Shown here in pieces: positions 8,006-17,115 of a stretch of 64,000 bases of DNA. Every line of letters begins with the position of its first letter. Within the stretch, counting starts at the first letter, position 1. Under the pieces are notes generated by a model. The model made no database searches, was not told the origin of the DNA, and saw nothing but the letters and a program-made list of their open reading frames with translations. This DNA comes from a virus. A program made the translations under genes and the position numbers. Where the stretch lies: positions 64,001 through 128,000 of IMG/VR virus record IMGVR_UViG_3300036773_000146, one strand, 5' to 3'.

Positions 8006-8036
8006 GTTGGTGCGCCGAGGTCAGTCCTCGTGCAGG
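8006..8036 (-). promoter_or_regulatory. putative phage late promoter (variant)
   Basis: CCTGCA-N18-CACCAAC, same spacing as the motifs upstream of sheath, baseplate and lysis genes. Confidence 0.45.
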
Positions 8037-8647
8037 TGATGCAGGTGGTGGCCGACGGCCTTGATGGCCACGTAACCGCCGACGATGGCGCCGGTGGCGA
8101 TCAGCGCGTTGCGCCGCTCGATCCGCTCCTGGTCGGAGAAGAACTCGTCGAACCGGGCACCGAGCTGCTTGGTGTAGTCGACCTCGGCGGCCTTGCGGCG
8201 CTTGCGGCCGATCCACAGGGCGACGAACGGCAGGGCGAACCAGGTGTAGACGACCACCGGGCCGACGGCGCCGATCAGGCCGCACGAGAGCACGAGGTAG
8301 ATCCCCACCCAGCGCAGAGCGTAGGTCCAGCGCTTGGCGTCGGCGGCCGCGCGGCGCTCGAAGCGGGCGTTGATCCGGCGTGCGTTCTTCAGGCTCGGCA
8401 TGCCGTACTGACGGCCGTCGCGGCGATCGCGGTACCAGTACACGCCGTGGCTCTCGGCCTCGAAAACCAGGTGCTGGCGGGCGTCGGCCGCGCGGTGCGG
8501 GTAGGTCTCGTCCCACACCTGCCACTCCGGTGCTTCCTGCTCCGGCTCCTCGACGGTGAACTCGGCGTCCTCGATCGGGTGCTCGGCGCGGTGCATCGCC
8601 ATGACCTCGTCCCAGCTGAGCGGGCGGAAGTCGTTCGTGTCGGTCAT
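8021..8647 (-). CDS. membrane protein
   Basis: three hydrophobic stretches; RBS GAAGGG. Confidence 0.7.
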   Translation of the reverse strand: MTDTNDFRPLSWDEVMAMHRAEHPIEDAEFTVEEPEQEAPEWQVWDETYPHRAADARQHLVFEAESHGVYWYRDRRDGRQYGMPSLKNARRINARFERRAAADAKRWTYALRWVGIYLVLSCGLIGAVGPVVVYTWFALPFVALWIGRKRRKAAEVDYTKQLGARFDEFFSDQERIERRNALIATGAIVGGYVAIKAVGHHLHHLHED

Positions 8648-8919
8648 GCCGTTGCCCTTCGTTGTTCCAACCGGCTCACGGCCCGGAGGATGCTGTGCCA
8701 CTGCATGCCCATGCGGGCGACGATCTCGTCCTTGGTGCAGCCCTGCGACTGGAGTTCGCGCAGGTCCTGCTCCACATCCTCCGCCCGGTGCGACCGGCGG
8801 GGGAAGTCGACGTGCTGGCCCCGGTCGTAGAGGTAGCCGTAGCAGCGCAGGCACATCCCGCGCGCGGCGACGGGGCATTTCTTCCCGCACCGCGCGCAGG
8901 GGGCCTTCGGGCCGTACAT
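8644..8919 (-). CDS. Zn-finger + HTH DNA-binding protein
   Basis: CARC..RGMCLRCY followed by KDEIVARMGMQWHSILRAV. Confidence 0.65.
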   Translation of the reverse strand: MYGPKAPCARCGKKCPVAARGMCLRCYGYLYDRGQHVDFPRRSHRAEDVEQDLRELQSQGCTKDEIVARMGMQWHSILRAVSRLEQRRATA

Positions 8920-9107
8920 CAGGCCAGGTCCAGCTCGCGCTCGGCCAGGGCCTCGTCGAGCAGGCTGCGGAGGCTGGCCTTACCGGCGGCGCGGAGGCTG
9001 CGGCGGCTCTTGGCCTTGACCGAGGACGGCGCCATCGAGAGGCAGTCGATCCGGTAGTGCGAGAAGTGGCGGGCTTCGCGGTCACGGTGGGTGGCAATGG
9101 CGTTCAC
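8919..9107 (-). CDS. small basic hypothetical protein
   Basis: RBS AGGAGG before GTG at 9107. Confidence 0.55.
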   Translation of the reverse strand: MNAIATHRDREARHFSHYRIDCLSMAPSSVKAKSRRSLRAAGKASLRSLLDEALAERELDLA

Positions 9108-9145
9108 GAGGGACCTCCTGTGCGGTCTTCTTGGTGACACCACTG

Positions 9146-9174
9146 ATACTACCCGTCCGGGTAGTGACACGCAA
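9146..9174 (-). promoter_or_regulatory. sigma70-type promoter with palindromic operator
   Basis: TTGCGT-17-TAGTAT; ACTACCCGTCCGGGTAGT at 9148-9165. Confidence 0.75.
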
Positions 9175-9178
9175 GGGC

Positions 9179-11164
9179 CTATCTGCGGCCACGCCGATGG
9201 GCGTTGCGCGCCGGGTTCAGGCCGCCGCCGCGCACCATGTTCCGCACGGCCGGAGAGAGCTGATTGATCAGCGCCTGGTCCGGCGCCTGCTGCCGGGCGT
9301 ACGGGTTGAAGCCGCCCTGCTGGCCGAAGACCGGCTTCAGCTCGGAGAGCATGCCCTTGGACCAGGCCTGGACCTGGTCGGCCAGCAGGCGCCAGGTGAC
9401 CTCCATCATCGACTTGGCCACGTCGTCATGGACCACCGGGCCGGTGTCCTGGTGCACAACCCGGTTCGTCGTGGCCGTGGTCTTGAGCTGGAGGAACTTC
9501 AACTCCAGCTCGGCCGTCTCGTACTCCGGGGCCTCGACCCAGCCCTGGTTGATCGCGACCTTGAAGCACTCGGCCACCTGCCAGTTGTGCTGGGAGGTGG
9601 CCGTTTCTTCGTGGACGTCCATCCGCTTGGGCGCGCGGTGCTCGCGGACCCGGCGGACCAGGGTGGCGATCGGCATGGCGCTGTTGTGCTGGTCGAAGGT
9701 GAACTCGTCGACCTTGAACGCCCAGATCATGTCCCAGAGCCGATCAGTGACCTCCAGGTAGTCGATCGTGTTGTCCGGGAACTCCGACGGCATCCAGTGG
9801 TGGATCACGTCGAACCGGACCTTCATCAGGCCGGAGTCGTCGCCGAGGGGGACGGTGTGCGCGATGGCGAGGCCGAAATTGTCGTTGACCTTCGAGGGGT
9901 CGGCGTGGCCCGCGTATCGCATGGTCAGGTTCTCCGCCTCGGAGCGCATGGCCAGGTCCGGGTGGAAGATCGCCTCGACCTTGCGGGGATCCAGATAGGC
10001 GTCGACCACGGATTGCCACTGCGACCGGCGCTCGACGGCGAACGTGTCGGGATTCGAGCGCTCCAGCTTCTCCATGCGGTCGTCGAATTCCTGCACGGCG
10101 CCCTTGAGCGGCAGGAAACCCGGCTGCGCCTGGTCGACGTACTCATCGAGGTCCCCGCAGAAGTCCTCGGGGAACATCGGCAGCAGGTGCGCCTGGGCCC
10201 AGTCGTAGTAGATCTCCCAGCTGGTCAGCTGCAACATCATCATGTACGGGTAGACCGGCTCGTCGTCCTCGTCGGTCTCCAGGCTCATCTGCCAGTTCGC
10301 GTAGAACTGGCCGACCTGCTGCCAGGGCGAGCTGGGGTCGATGATGAAGCCGTCCAGCTTGAACTGGTCGAGCGACGGCGTGGCACTGGAGTACACCTCT
10401 TCGGCCGAGCGGTTGGCGCCGACGTTGACCACGTGCGCCATCTCGTCGAAGGCCAGCACGCAGGAGGCCGGGCCACGCGCGGACATCAGCGTGGCCTCCT
10501 TCGGCTGGATCGTGAAGGTCGCCAGGTCGCTCACGGTCTGGATGCCGCGCTTGGCGATCTTCTTCATCCGGACGAAGTCGTGCGGCGCGAAGACGGTGAG
10601 GTTCTCCCCCAGGGCCCGCGAGATGTACGGGGTGAAGCAGGGCGCGCCCCGGACGACGGCGACGACGTCCTTCCACAGGTTCTCCCGGGCCTGCTGCTTC
10701 TTGCCCGCGTAGACGAACAGCGCCAGCTGCTTGTCCCGGTCGATGCCGTAGTGGCCCTGCGGGTCGCCCTTGGCCATGAACTTCCAGAGCACGTAGCTCA
10801 TCGCCAGGGCACTGACGTAGCCCTTTCCGGCGCGGCGCCCGAGCACCAGCAGGACTTCGCGGAAGTAGTTGTAGCCCTGCAAGGCGAGGCTGGCCATGCG
10901 TGTCCGGATGCCAGGAGTGATGCCGTTGTTGCCGCTCTTGCGGAAGCTCTCCTCCCACTCGTCGAGCACCATGTGGTCGTACTCGGTGAGCAGGTCGTTA
11001 CGGAGGAAGATGACCTTGAGCAGAGTCGCCTGGCGCGGATACAGCTGCGGCCGGTTGCACCACTGCGGGCTGACCACGAATGTGATCGGGTCCGGGACGT
11101 CCAGCCCGGTAAAAAGCTGAAAGTCCAGCGGCTTGAGCTGCGGCAGCGCCAGGCGAGTCGGCAT
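9179..11164 (-). CDS. terL: terminase large subunit
   Basis: LYPRQ adenine-binding motif, Walker A GRRAGKG, Walker B LAFDEMAH, nuclease HADPS..D, FDQHNS, HDD. Confidence 0.92.
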   Translation of the reverse strand: MPTRLALPQLKPLDFQLFTGLDVPDPITFVVSPQWCNRPQLYPRQATLLKVIFLRNDLLTEYDHMVLDEWEESFRKSGNNGITPGIRTRMASLALQGYNYFREVLLVLGRRAGKGYVSALAMSYVLWKFMAKGDPQGHYGIDRDKQLALFVYAGKKQQARENLWKDVVAVVRGAPCFTPYISRALGENLTVFAPHDFVRMKKIAKRGIQTVSDLATFTIQPKEATLMSARGPASCVLAFDEMAHVVNVGANRSAEEVYSSATPSLDQFKLDGFIIDPSSPWQQVGQFYANWQMSLETDEDDEPVYPYMMMLQLTSWEIYYDWAQAHLLPMFPEDFCGDLDEYVDQAQPGFLPLKGAVQEFDDRMEKLERSNPDTFAVERRSQWQSVVDAYLDPRKVEAIFHPDLAMRSEAENLTMRYAGHADPSKVNDNFGLAIAHTVPLGDDSGLMKVRFDVIHHWMPSEFPDNTIDYLEVTDRLWDMIWAFKVDEFTFDQHNSAMPIATLVRRVREHRAPKRMDVHEETATSQHNWQVAECFKVAINQGWVEAPEYETAELELKFLQLKTTATTNRVVHQDTGPVVHDDVAKSMMEVTWRLLADQVQAWSKGMLSELKPVFGQQGGFNPYARQQAPDQALINQLSPAVRNMVRGGGLNPARNAHRRGRR

Positions 11165-11451
11165 CAGAGCAGACCGATCTCCGCGCCGTGCCGGGCGAGG
11201 AACTCGGGCCAGGACATCTCCACTCCGTCGGAAGTGCGCACCCGGCGCGGTGCCTCCTCGCCCTCGGGGGTCTCGACGAGGTCCCACGCCACGGCGAACA
11301 GCTCGCCGAGGCGCTTGCCGACCTTCTCCGCGCGGGCGATCGCGGCCGCCTTGTCGTCGGCCTTCACCTCGGTCATGCCGAAGGCGGTACCGCCGGGCAG
11401 GCCGGTGGTCTTCGAGGTGCGGCGATAGATCGCCGTCGCCTGGATGGTCAT
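11164..11451 (-). CDS. hypothetical protein
   Basis: TGATG coupling at both ends. Confidence 0.6.
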   Translation of the reverse strand: MTIQATAIYRRTSKTTGLPGGTAFGMTEVKADDKAAAIARAEKVGKRLGELFAVAWDLVETPEGEEAPRRVRTSDGVEMSWPEFLARHGAEIGLL

Positions 11452-11696
11452 CAGTGCTGGCGTCCCTTCATCACAGGCGGGTTGAGCCGGAACAGCAGGT
11501 ACGTAAAGGCCGCAACCGAGAGGAAGGCTGCGCCCGAAATCAGGTCCGACCTGAAGGCGTAATGCAGCGCACCGCTGGGGTCGCTCCCCTGGATATGGGA
11601 AAAATCCAGGACGGCCGAGTACAGCACGCCGCACCCCACCAGGAAGAAGACCTGCGCCAGGAGCAGCAATCGCGGCACGGAACGGAAGGCGCTCAT
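11451..11696 (-). CDS. small membrane protein
   Basis: two TM segments, TGATG coupling. Confidence 0.6.
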   Translation of the reverse strand: MSAFRSVPRLLLLAQVFFLVGCGVLYSAVLDFSHIQGSDPSGALHYAFRSDLISGAAFLSVAAFTYLLFRLNPPVMKGRQH

Positions 11697-12112
11697 CAGT
11701 GCTGGTGCCCCTTCGTCATCTCGCGGACGATCTGGTCGAGGTTCTTCTCCGCCTTGATCTGGCCGGGCTGCGCGCCCGGCAGCTGCAAGATGTTCGACTG
11801 CACCTCGTGGGCCATCTGCTCGTGGTCGAACTCGTGGGCATCGATCCGGCCGTTAACGGTGATGTCGAAGGACCAGAGGCCCTTGACCTCTTCCACCATC
11901 GGCTCGCGGGTGATCGGGTGGTAGCCCTTGACCTCGCCGGTGTAGAAGGTGTTCACGGCCACGTCGAAGCCGATTGCGGCGAACTTCTCCTTGGCCATGT
12001 CCACGAAGTCCTGCGGGTTCATCCGGGAGTCGCGTAGGGCGTTCAGCTCCCGGATCACCGCCTCCATCTTGAGGATCTCGGTGTCGTAGGGCATGGCGAT
12101 CGAGTGGGTCAC
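11696..12112 (-). CDS. hypothetical protein (packaging region)
   Basis: GTGA overlap, GC3-rich codons. Confidence 0.65.
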   Translation of the reverse strand: MTHSIAMPYDTEILKMEAVIRELNALRDSRMNPQDFVDMAKEKFAAIGFDVAVNTFYTGEVKGYHPITREPMVEEVKGLWSFDITVNGRIDAHEFDHEQMAHEVQSNILQLPGAQPGQIKAEKNLDQIVREMTKGHQH

Positions 12113-12798
12113 AGGGTCTCCTCGACGATCTCGGCGTCCAGCGGCTGCTGGGCTTCCTGACGGGTGCGGATGGACTTGAGCACGGGACTCGTGTTCAGGG
12201 CATGGCCGAAGGCCTGCCACTGATCGTCGGTCATGATCTCTCGGGCCTTCTCGAAGAACTCGGTGATCGCCTCGTCCCAGACGTCGCCGTCGACATCACC
12301 ATCACCGTCGCCCTTCACCGCCTGCAACAGCTTGGCCGCGTTGAGGCCGTCGGTGATGGTCGGGCGCAGGGAGCCGTCGGCGATGCCCAGCTGGGTCATC
12401 GCCACCACCTGCTCGGCCAGATTGAGGCCGTCGATGATCCGCTCGGTCTCCTGCTCGTAGTGCTCGGAGAGCGCCTTGGCGCGACGGTCGGTGATGTCCC
12501 GCAGCACGGCCGCCTCGACGGGCAGGTGCCGCTCGGTGTGGTGCCGCCAGATGGCCGTGTAGTCCAGCGTCGGGTAGGTCTTGGTCTCGCCGCGATCCTC
12601 GTACTCCACCCCGGAGTACTGCTCGGCGATCGTGCGGTAGGGCACCTGGGAAAGGATCTTGTGCTCGATCTCGATCCGGGCCGGGTGGGTGCAGGTCTTG
12701 CAGTTCGGCACCCGGCGGGCGTCGTAGGTGCGGCCCGCGATCTGCACCTGGATCAGGGAACCGCGCAGGGTGGTGACCTCACGGGATTCCTCAGCCAT
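12109..12798 (-). CDS. putative terminase small subunit / Zn-HTH protein
   Basis: CKTCTHP.R..IE.....YRTIA....IWRH...HL N-terminal Zn/HTH plus helical body, upstream of terL. Confidence 0.5.
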   Translation of the reverse strand: MAEESREVTTLRGSLIQVQIAGRTYDARRVPNCKTCTHPARIEIEHKILSQVPYRTIAEQYSGVEYEDRGETKTYPTLDYTAIWRHHTERHLPVEAAVLRDITDRRAKALSEHYEQETERIIDGLNLAEQVVAMTQLGIADGSLRPTITDGLNAAKLLQAVKGDGDGDVDGDVWDEAITEFFEKAREIMTDDQWQAFGHALNTSPVLKSIRTRQEAQQPLDAEIVEETL

Positions 12799-13186
12799 GG
12801 GTATCCGTGCCCGAGAAGCTCGTCATCGCGATGGACATGTCCTGCTTGGCCGCCGACTGGGCGATCCCGTCGCGGGAGTTGAGGTAGGGCTTGGCGCGGT
12901 TGAGCACCCGGCCGTACATCCCCTGGCGGATGCTGGAGTCCGGGAACCCCGCCGCCGTGTAGACCTCGTGCCCGATGCGGTTCTTTTCCTTCCAGGGCGT
13001 CAGGATGTCCGACTTTGCCTCGCGGCTGGTGATCTGCTTCAGATGTGCGAAGAGGATGGCGTCGGCCTCCTCCTCCAGCGCGAGACTCGTGCCGTAGCGC
13101 ACCCGGCCGCCGTGCCCCGCGATGAGTCGTGACTCGAACTCCTCCTCGTCGACCTGATCCGTGTCGTCGTCCCATACTGCCGTCAT
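12791..13186 (-). CDS. hypothetical protein
   Basis: RBS GGGAGG, ATGA overlap. Confidence 0.65.
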   Translation of the reverse strand: MTAVWDDDTDQVDEEEFESRLIAGHGGRVRYGTSLALEEEADAILFAHLKQITSREAKSDILTPWKEKNRIGHEVYTAAGFPDSSIRQGMYGRVLNRAKPYLNSRDGIAQSAAKQDMSIAMTSFSGTDTHG

Positions 13187-13887
13187 CGCTGCCTCCCGAT
13201 CGTGCCCGCGCCCGCACCCGCGCGCCTGAGCATCCCGTGTTCGAAGTTCACGCACGCCTGGTCGAACTCGTCCATCGCCTGATGGCAGACGGTATAGCCC
13301 GGCGGAATCATCCCCCGGTGCGCCACGTACGTGACGAGCAGCGGGTGGACGTAAAAAAAGCCCGACGCCGTGGCGCGGGACCTGAGTCGTATGCGGGGCT
13401 CTTGACCGGGTGCGGTGAGCGTGTAGCGCAGGCAGCCGTCCATCACCCGGGTCGTGCTGGTCTTGATTCTGCCTGCCAACGCGGCCATGCTGCCGATCGC
13501 CTGGTGGTAGTGCGCGTGCTGCCAGTCGTCGGTATGACTGCGGAACCGGGCAATGCCGCCGGTCTCGATGAATTCGACGAGCTTCCGCAATCCGAGCGTG
13601 GCGTACATGCCGACGGGATTAGTCGGCGAAACACCCATCAGCTGCGCGGCGTCCTGCTCACGATGATCTTGTACGAGGAAGAGCTTGATGGCTGTGTACT
13701 GAGAGTGAGTGAGCAGTCGCGGAGCCTGTTCGAAGAGATACTCCAGGTCCCAGAGCGACCACTCGCGACCGGACGGGGAGATGATCTCATCGATCCCCTC
13801 GGTCTCGTAGAGGCTGCGAAACTCCTGCAAATACCTGAACAAAACACGCAATTCCGACACTGCTGGCAAGGATTGACTGGACGTCAC
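13183..13887 (-). CDS. sigma region-4-like HTH regulator with C-terminal degenerate HNH/His-Cys finger
   Basis: LTHSQYTAIKLFLVQDHREQDAAQLMGVS..V; C-terminal GCL..Y...RGMIPPGYTVCH...CVNFEH. Confidence 0.6.
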   Translation of the reverse strand: MTSSQSLPAVSELRVLFRYLQEFRSLYETEGIDEIISPSGREWSLWDLEYLFEQAPRLLTHSQYTAIKLFLVQDHREQDAAQLMGVSPTNPVGMYATLGLRKLVEFIETGGIARFRSHTDDWQHAHYHQAIGSMAALAGRIKTSTTRVMDGCLRYTLTAPGQEPRIRLRSRATASGFFYVHPLLVTYVAHRGMIPPGYTVCHQAMDEFDQACVNFEHGMLRRAGAGAGTIGRQR

Positions 13888-13932
13888 GGTGGCGGAGCCC
13901 TTCGACCCTGGTGGCCCTGCCTGATATGGCAA

Positions 13933-13959
13933 GGCGGGCGGTCTGCTGGACCGCCCGCC
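13933..13959. terminator. intergenic stem-loop
   Basis: GGCGGGCGGTC-tgctg-GACCGCCCGCC. Confidence 0.55.
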
Positions 13960-14034
13960 ACCCATAGTGATCGAGAGTCACCCACTTGGCAAGAACACCG
14001 ACCCTGTGGGTGACAAACACGCATCTTATTCTCG

Positions 14035-14733
14035 TTAATTAGCCACGTGAATGTCCTTGATTCGCTGATTAAGTCTCTCCATTGAGCGGACGATTGCGTC
14101 GGCTTTTCGGGAGTAATAGGTCTTGAAAATGGCCAGGAACTGGTCCTCGGCAGCCACCATCTTGGCCCGCGCCGTCCGGCCCTCGATGGTGTCCTTGCTG
14201 CCCGAGGGCAGGTCATCGTAGCCGGAGGAGAACTGCTGCTCCCAGATGACCTTGGCGTACATGCTCTCGGCCCAGGCCTCGGCACCACGCTGCTCCCAGA
14301 CGATCATCCGGGTGGTGATCTGGTAGAGGAACCGTTCGCGTTCCTTGGCGTTGAGCCTGCCCCAGTCCTCCACGAAGTCACCGGTACCCTGCTTGCGCTT
14401 CCACTCGACCGAGCCATCGTGGTTGATGATCGGCTCGCCGTTGAGCATGGCAGGCGTGCGCACCAGAAGAAACAGCTCCTCCTGGAGCGCGAAGGCGTCG
14501 GCGAAGGCCTTCTTGAGCTGGTCGTCGATGTTGCGGTGCATGATCCGCACGAACTGGGCCTGCTCGCTGTTCCAGTCGGTCTTCATCCGGGAGAACCCGG
14601 TCGTCTGGAACCGGCGCTCGCGCTCGTCGGGCAGCTCGACGTTCGGCTGCTCGGTCAACTCCTTGGCCTGCTCGGCGGTGACTTCTTCGTTGGTGGTCTT
14701 GCCGCTGGCGCGGGTCTTGTCGTCATCAGCCAT
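14035..14733 (-). CDS. conserved-looking helical hypothetical protein (recombination operon)
   Basis: 232 aa, strong RBS, GC3-rich codons. Confidence 0.7.
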   Translation of the reverse strand: MADDDKTRASGKTTNEEVTAEQAKELTEQPNVELPDERERRFQTTGFSRMKTDWNSEQAQFVRIMHRNIDDQLKKAFADAFALQEELFLLVRTPAMLNGEPIINHDGSVEWKRKQGTGDFVEDWGRLNAKERERFLYQITTRMIVWEQRGAEAWAESMYAKVIWEQQFSSGYDDLPSGSKDTIEGRTARAKMVAAEDQFLAIFKTYYSRKADAIVRSMERLNQRIKDIHVAN

Positions 14734-15445
14734 GATCCTTTTCCTCCTGAAGCCTGCACGCCTTGCATGCGGTGACGATGGTGGTGGGGTTGGTCTTGCG
14801 GGCGATGGACCGGCCCCTGCGCAGACCGGTCTTGTGACCGCACTCCAGCCGGAGGACCGTCCGGTTGATCACTTGGCCGGTCTGGGTCTGGCCCATGGGA
14901 ACCTCTTCGAAGGCCACGCCGCACCGCTTGATCGTGTCGTCACGCTTCTTGCCGTCCGGCCGCGTGGGCACCTCTTGCTCGGTCAGAATCTGGCGCACCC
15001 GCGATTCGTTGACGAAGAAGAACTCGGCGATCCGGCTGGTCGACCAGCCCGCGAGGTACAGCCGGACGACCTCCTCAGAACTCAGGTATGAAGGCGGTGG
15101 CCCGGACCGCTCCCGCAGCGGAATATCGTGCTGCTCCAGTGAGGCCTTGACTCTCTGCAAACCCACACCCAGAGCGCTCGCCACGTCGATCATGCTGCGG
15201 CCCTGGCGCACGTACATCCGCTCCAGCAGCTCCTTGTTCAGCGGAGGCAGCGCGCGGCTCCCCGGCAGTGTCAGCCGGTGCCCGGCATTGTTCTTGAGCG
15301 GGATCTCCAGCCTGATCAGCGCGTTGCGCACGGTCGTCGGCATCACGCCGTGCGCCACGGCGATCTGGCCCATCGAGAGGCCCTGCTCGTGGTAAAGCCG
15401 CGTCAGCTCCTCGCGGGTCGGATCGAACTTGCGTCGGGCGCTCAC
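14726..15445 (-). CDS. triple-HTH repeat protein with C-terminal Zn ribbon
   Basis: three L.RLY..G.S...IA..GV....VR..L....IP.R repeats; LECGH..CKAC. Confidence 0.72.
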   Translation of the reverse strand: MSARRKFDPTREELTRLYHEQGLSMGQIAVAHGVMPTTVRNALIRLEIPLKNNAGHRLTLPGSRALPPLNKELLERMYVRQGRSMIDVASALGVGLQRVKASLEQHDIPLRERSGPPPSYLSSEEVVRLYLAGWSTSRIAEFFFVNESRVRQILTEQEVPTRPDGKKRDDTIKRCGVAFEEVPMGQTQTGQVINRTVLRLECGHKTGLRRGRSIARKTNPTTIVTACKACRLQEEKDHG

Positions 15446-16104
15446 GGCTTCTCCCGGCTCAGCTGGAAAACCGCGACAGAGAGCGCGTCGCGCAGGTCGG
15501 CGTTCGTGATGAGGTCCAGCCCCTGCACGCCCCAGCTGGCCGCCAGCGGCATGAGCACCGCGTGGTGGGCCTTCTTGTTGAAGCCCTTCTTCCGGGCGGC
15601 CGGGCCGCAGACGAAGGCCTTGTGCGTCTGCGGCTGGACCATCGGCTGACACCGTGGCGGGAGGTGGTCGTTGCGGTCCAGGGCGAACCGCAGGGCCGCG
15701 CCGCCGAGCAGGGTGGCTTCCGGCCGGATCAGGGATCCACCGCCGACCGGTGGGCCTTCGTGCACGAACTCGATGCGCGACGGGACATACCCGGCAGCGG
15801 CGGTGAACACCCAGTCCTCGATCAGGTGCGACAGCTCCAGCGTCTTGCGCAGGCTCTCCTCGTAACCTCCGGCGCCGTGATCGGAGGTGGTGAACTTCTT
15901 CGCCGCCAGCACCTTGAGCTGCGGCTTGCCCCAGACCAGGCCGAAGGTCAGGAGCACCCCGGCGCAGCCGGACAGCGACGGGTCGAAGGCGAAGACCTGG
16001 CGGCCGTAGTAGTCGCCGGGATCCATGCCTTCCAGCGTCGGCGGCGCCCACTCGGGCTTGGCCGGGCGTCCGGCGGCGAATGACTCCAGTGCGTCGGTGT
16101 TCAC
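15442..16104 (-). CDS. ruvC: RuvC-like Holliday junction resolvase
   Basis: FAFDPSLSGCA, FVHE, DLRDAL catalytic motifs. Confidence 0.78.
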   Translation of the reverse strand: MNTDALESFAAGRPAKPEWAPPTLEGMDPGDYYGRQVFAFDPSLSGCAGVLLTFGLVWGKPQLKVLAAKKFTTSDHGAGGYEESLRKTLELSHLIEDWVFTAAAGYVPSRIEFVHEGPPVGGGSLIRPEATLLGGAALRFALDRNDHLPPRCQPMVQPQTHKAFVCGPAARKKGFNKKAHHAVLMPLAASWGVQGLDLITNADLRDALSVAVFQLSREKP

Positions 16105-16907
16105 GTGAGGACCTTCCCGATCGGGCAGAAGCGTGCCGACGGGCACGTCTTGGACTCCTTGGATCCGATGCCGCAGCACGCTTCCGGCAGGGTGCCACGC
16201 GACGCGTGCTCGATGGCGGTGCGGTACTTCGCCCGCTGGGCCGCCTGGAAGCGCGGGTCCGCGTGCACCACGAACTCCTCCATCGGGAAGCCCGGGACCA
16301 TGCCGAGCACCAGGTATCGGGTCTTGGCCAGGCCGGTGACGGCGAGGTAGTCCTGGGTCTGCGAGTAGTAGCCGTACGGGTTCTTCTCCCGCAGGTAGGC
16401 CTCGCCGCCGTCGCGGTAGCTCTTGACGATCCGGTCGCTCGACGTGGTCTTGAACTCGAACAACTCGTCGTCGGCGGTGGCCATCCGGCCGTCGGCGTGG
16501 CCCAGGACGTTGTGGTGGGGGTCCCGGATCGGGATCTCGGCCTGCTTCTCGATCGGGTCCTTCCACTTGGTGCCCGGGTTGCGGCGCAGGATCTCCCCGC
16601 GCAGCAGGATCCGCTGGAACAGCTCATGCCAGAAGGATCCCTGGGTGACGGCGAGGACGAAGTGCACGTCCGGCCGCTCCTGCGGCATCTGGCCCCCGTG
16701 CATCAGGTAAAGGGCCAGCTGCCGGGCCGTCCAGGTGGCGTGGGTGGACGGGTGGAACCAGCCGTCGAACTCGCGCTGACCCTCCTGCCAGCCGCGCACG
16801 GTGACGTCGAAGCCCTTGAAGCCGGGGGCAGCCATCTCCGCGCGGATGTGCGGGACGATCACCTGCCCCTTGGCGGCGGCGGACAGGGTCCGCTGGAAGT
16901 TAGCCAT
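16101..16907 (-). CDS. Cas4-like PD-(D/E)XK exonuclease
   Basis: FHPS, GSFWHE, GHADG, FEFKT, QTQDY and C-terminal Cys cluster. Confidence 0.85.
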   Translation of the reverse strand: MANFQRTLSAAAKGQVIVPHIRAEMAAPGFKGFDVTVRGWQEGQREFDGWFHPSTHATWTARQLALYLMHGGQMPQERPDVHFVLAVTQGSFWHELFQRILLRGEILRRNPGTKWKDPIEKQAEIPIRDPHHNVLGHADGRMATADDELFEFKTTSSDRIVKSYRDGGEAYLREKNPYGYYSQTQDYLAVTGLAKTRYLVLGMVPGFPMEEFVVHADPRFQAAQRAKYRTAIEHASRGTLPEACCGIGSKESKTCPSARFCPIGKVLT

Positions 16908-17115
16908 CCGAGCCCCGCAGGTAGCCGCTGAGGACGTCGCTCAGCTCCGCGAGCGAGGTGGAGGCGTCGTCGGCCAGCTTCGCGATGTCGTCGCCTCCAG
17001 GCCAGCCTGAGGCCTCCGTTTCGAGGTCCTGGATGTTGCCGAGCGCGTCGTCCACGCGCTTCTGCGCGTAGATCACGTCCCGGAGCAGCTGGGCCTCGTC
17101 GATGGGGTCGCTCAC
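16900..17115 (-). CDS. small acidic hypothetical protein
   Basis: overlaps both neighbours. Confidence 0.55.
   Translation of the reverse strand: MSDPIDEAQLLRDVIYAQKRVDDALGNIQDLETEASGWPGGDDIAKLADDASTSLAELSDVLSGYLRGSDG

Noticed and set aside
1264-15083. 13-bp match GAGTTCTGAGGAG (minus-strand copy at 15071-15083, plus-strand copy at 1264-1276)
   Set aside because: Only two copies, one intragenic; could be chance
16101-16907. Cas4 as part of a CRISPR-Cas system
   Set aside because: No cas1, cas2 or array; solo Cas4-like nucleases are common in phage recombination modules
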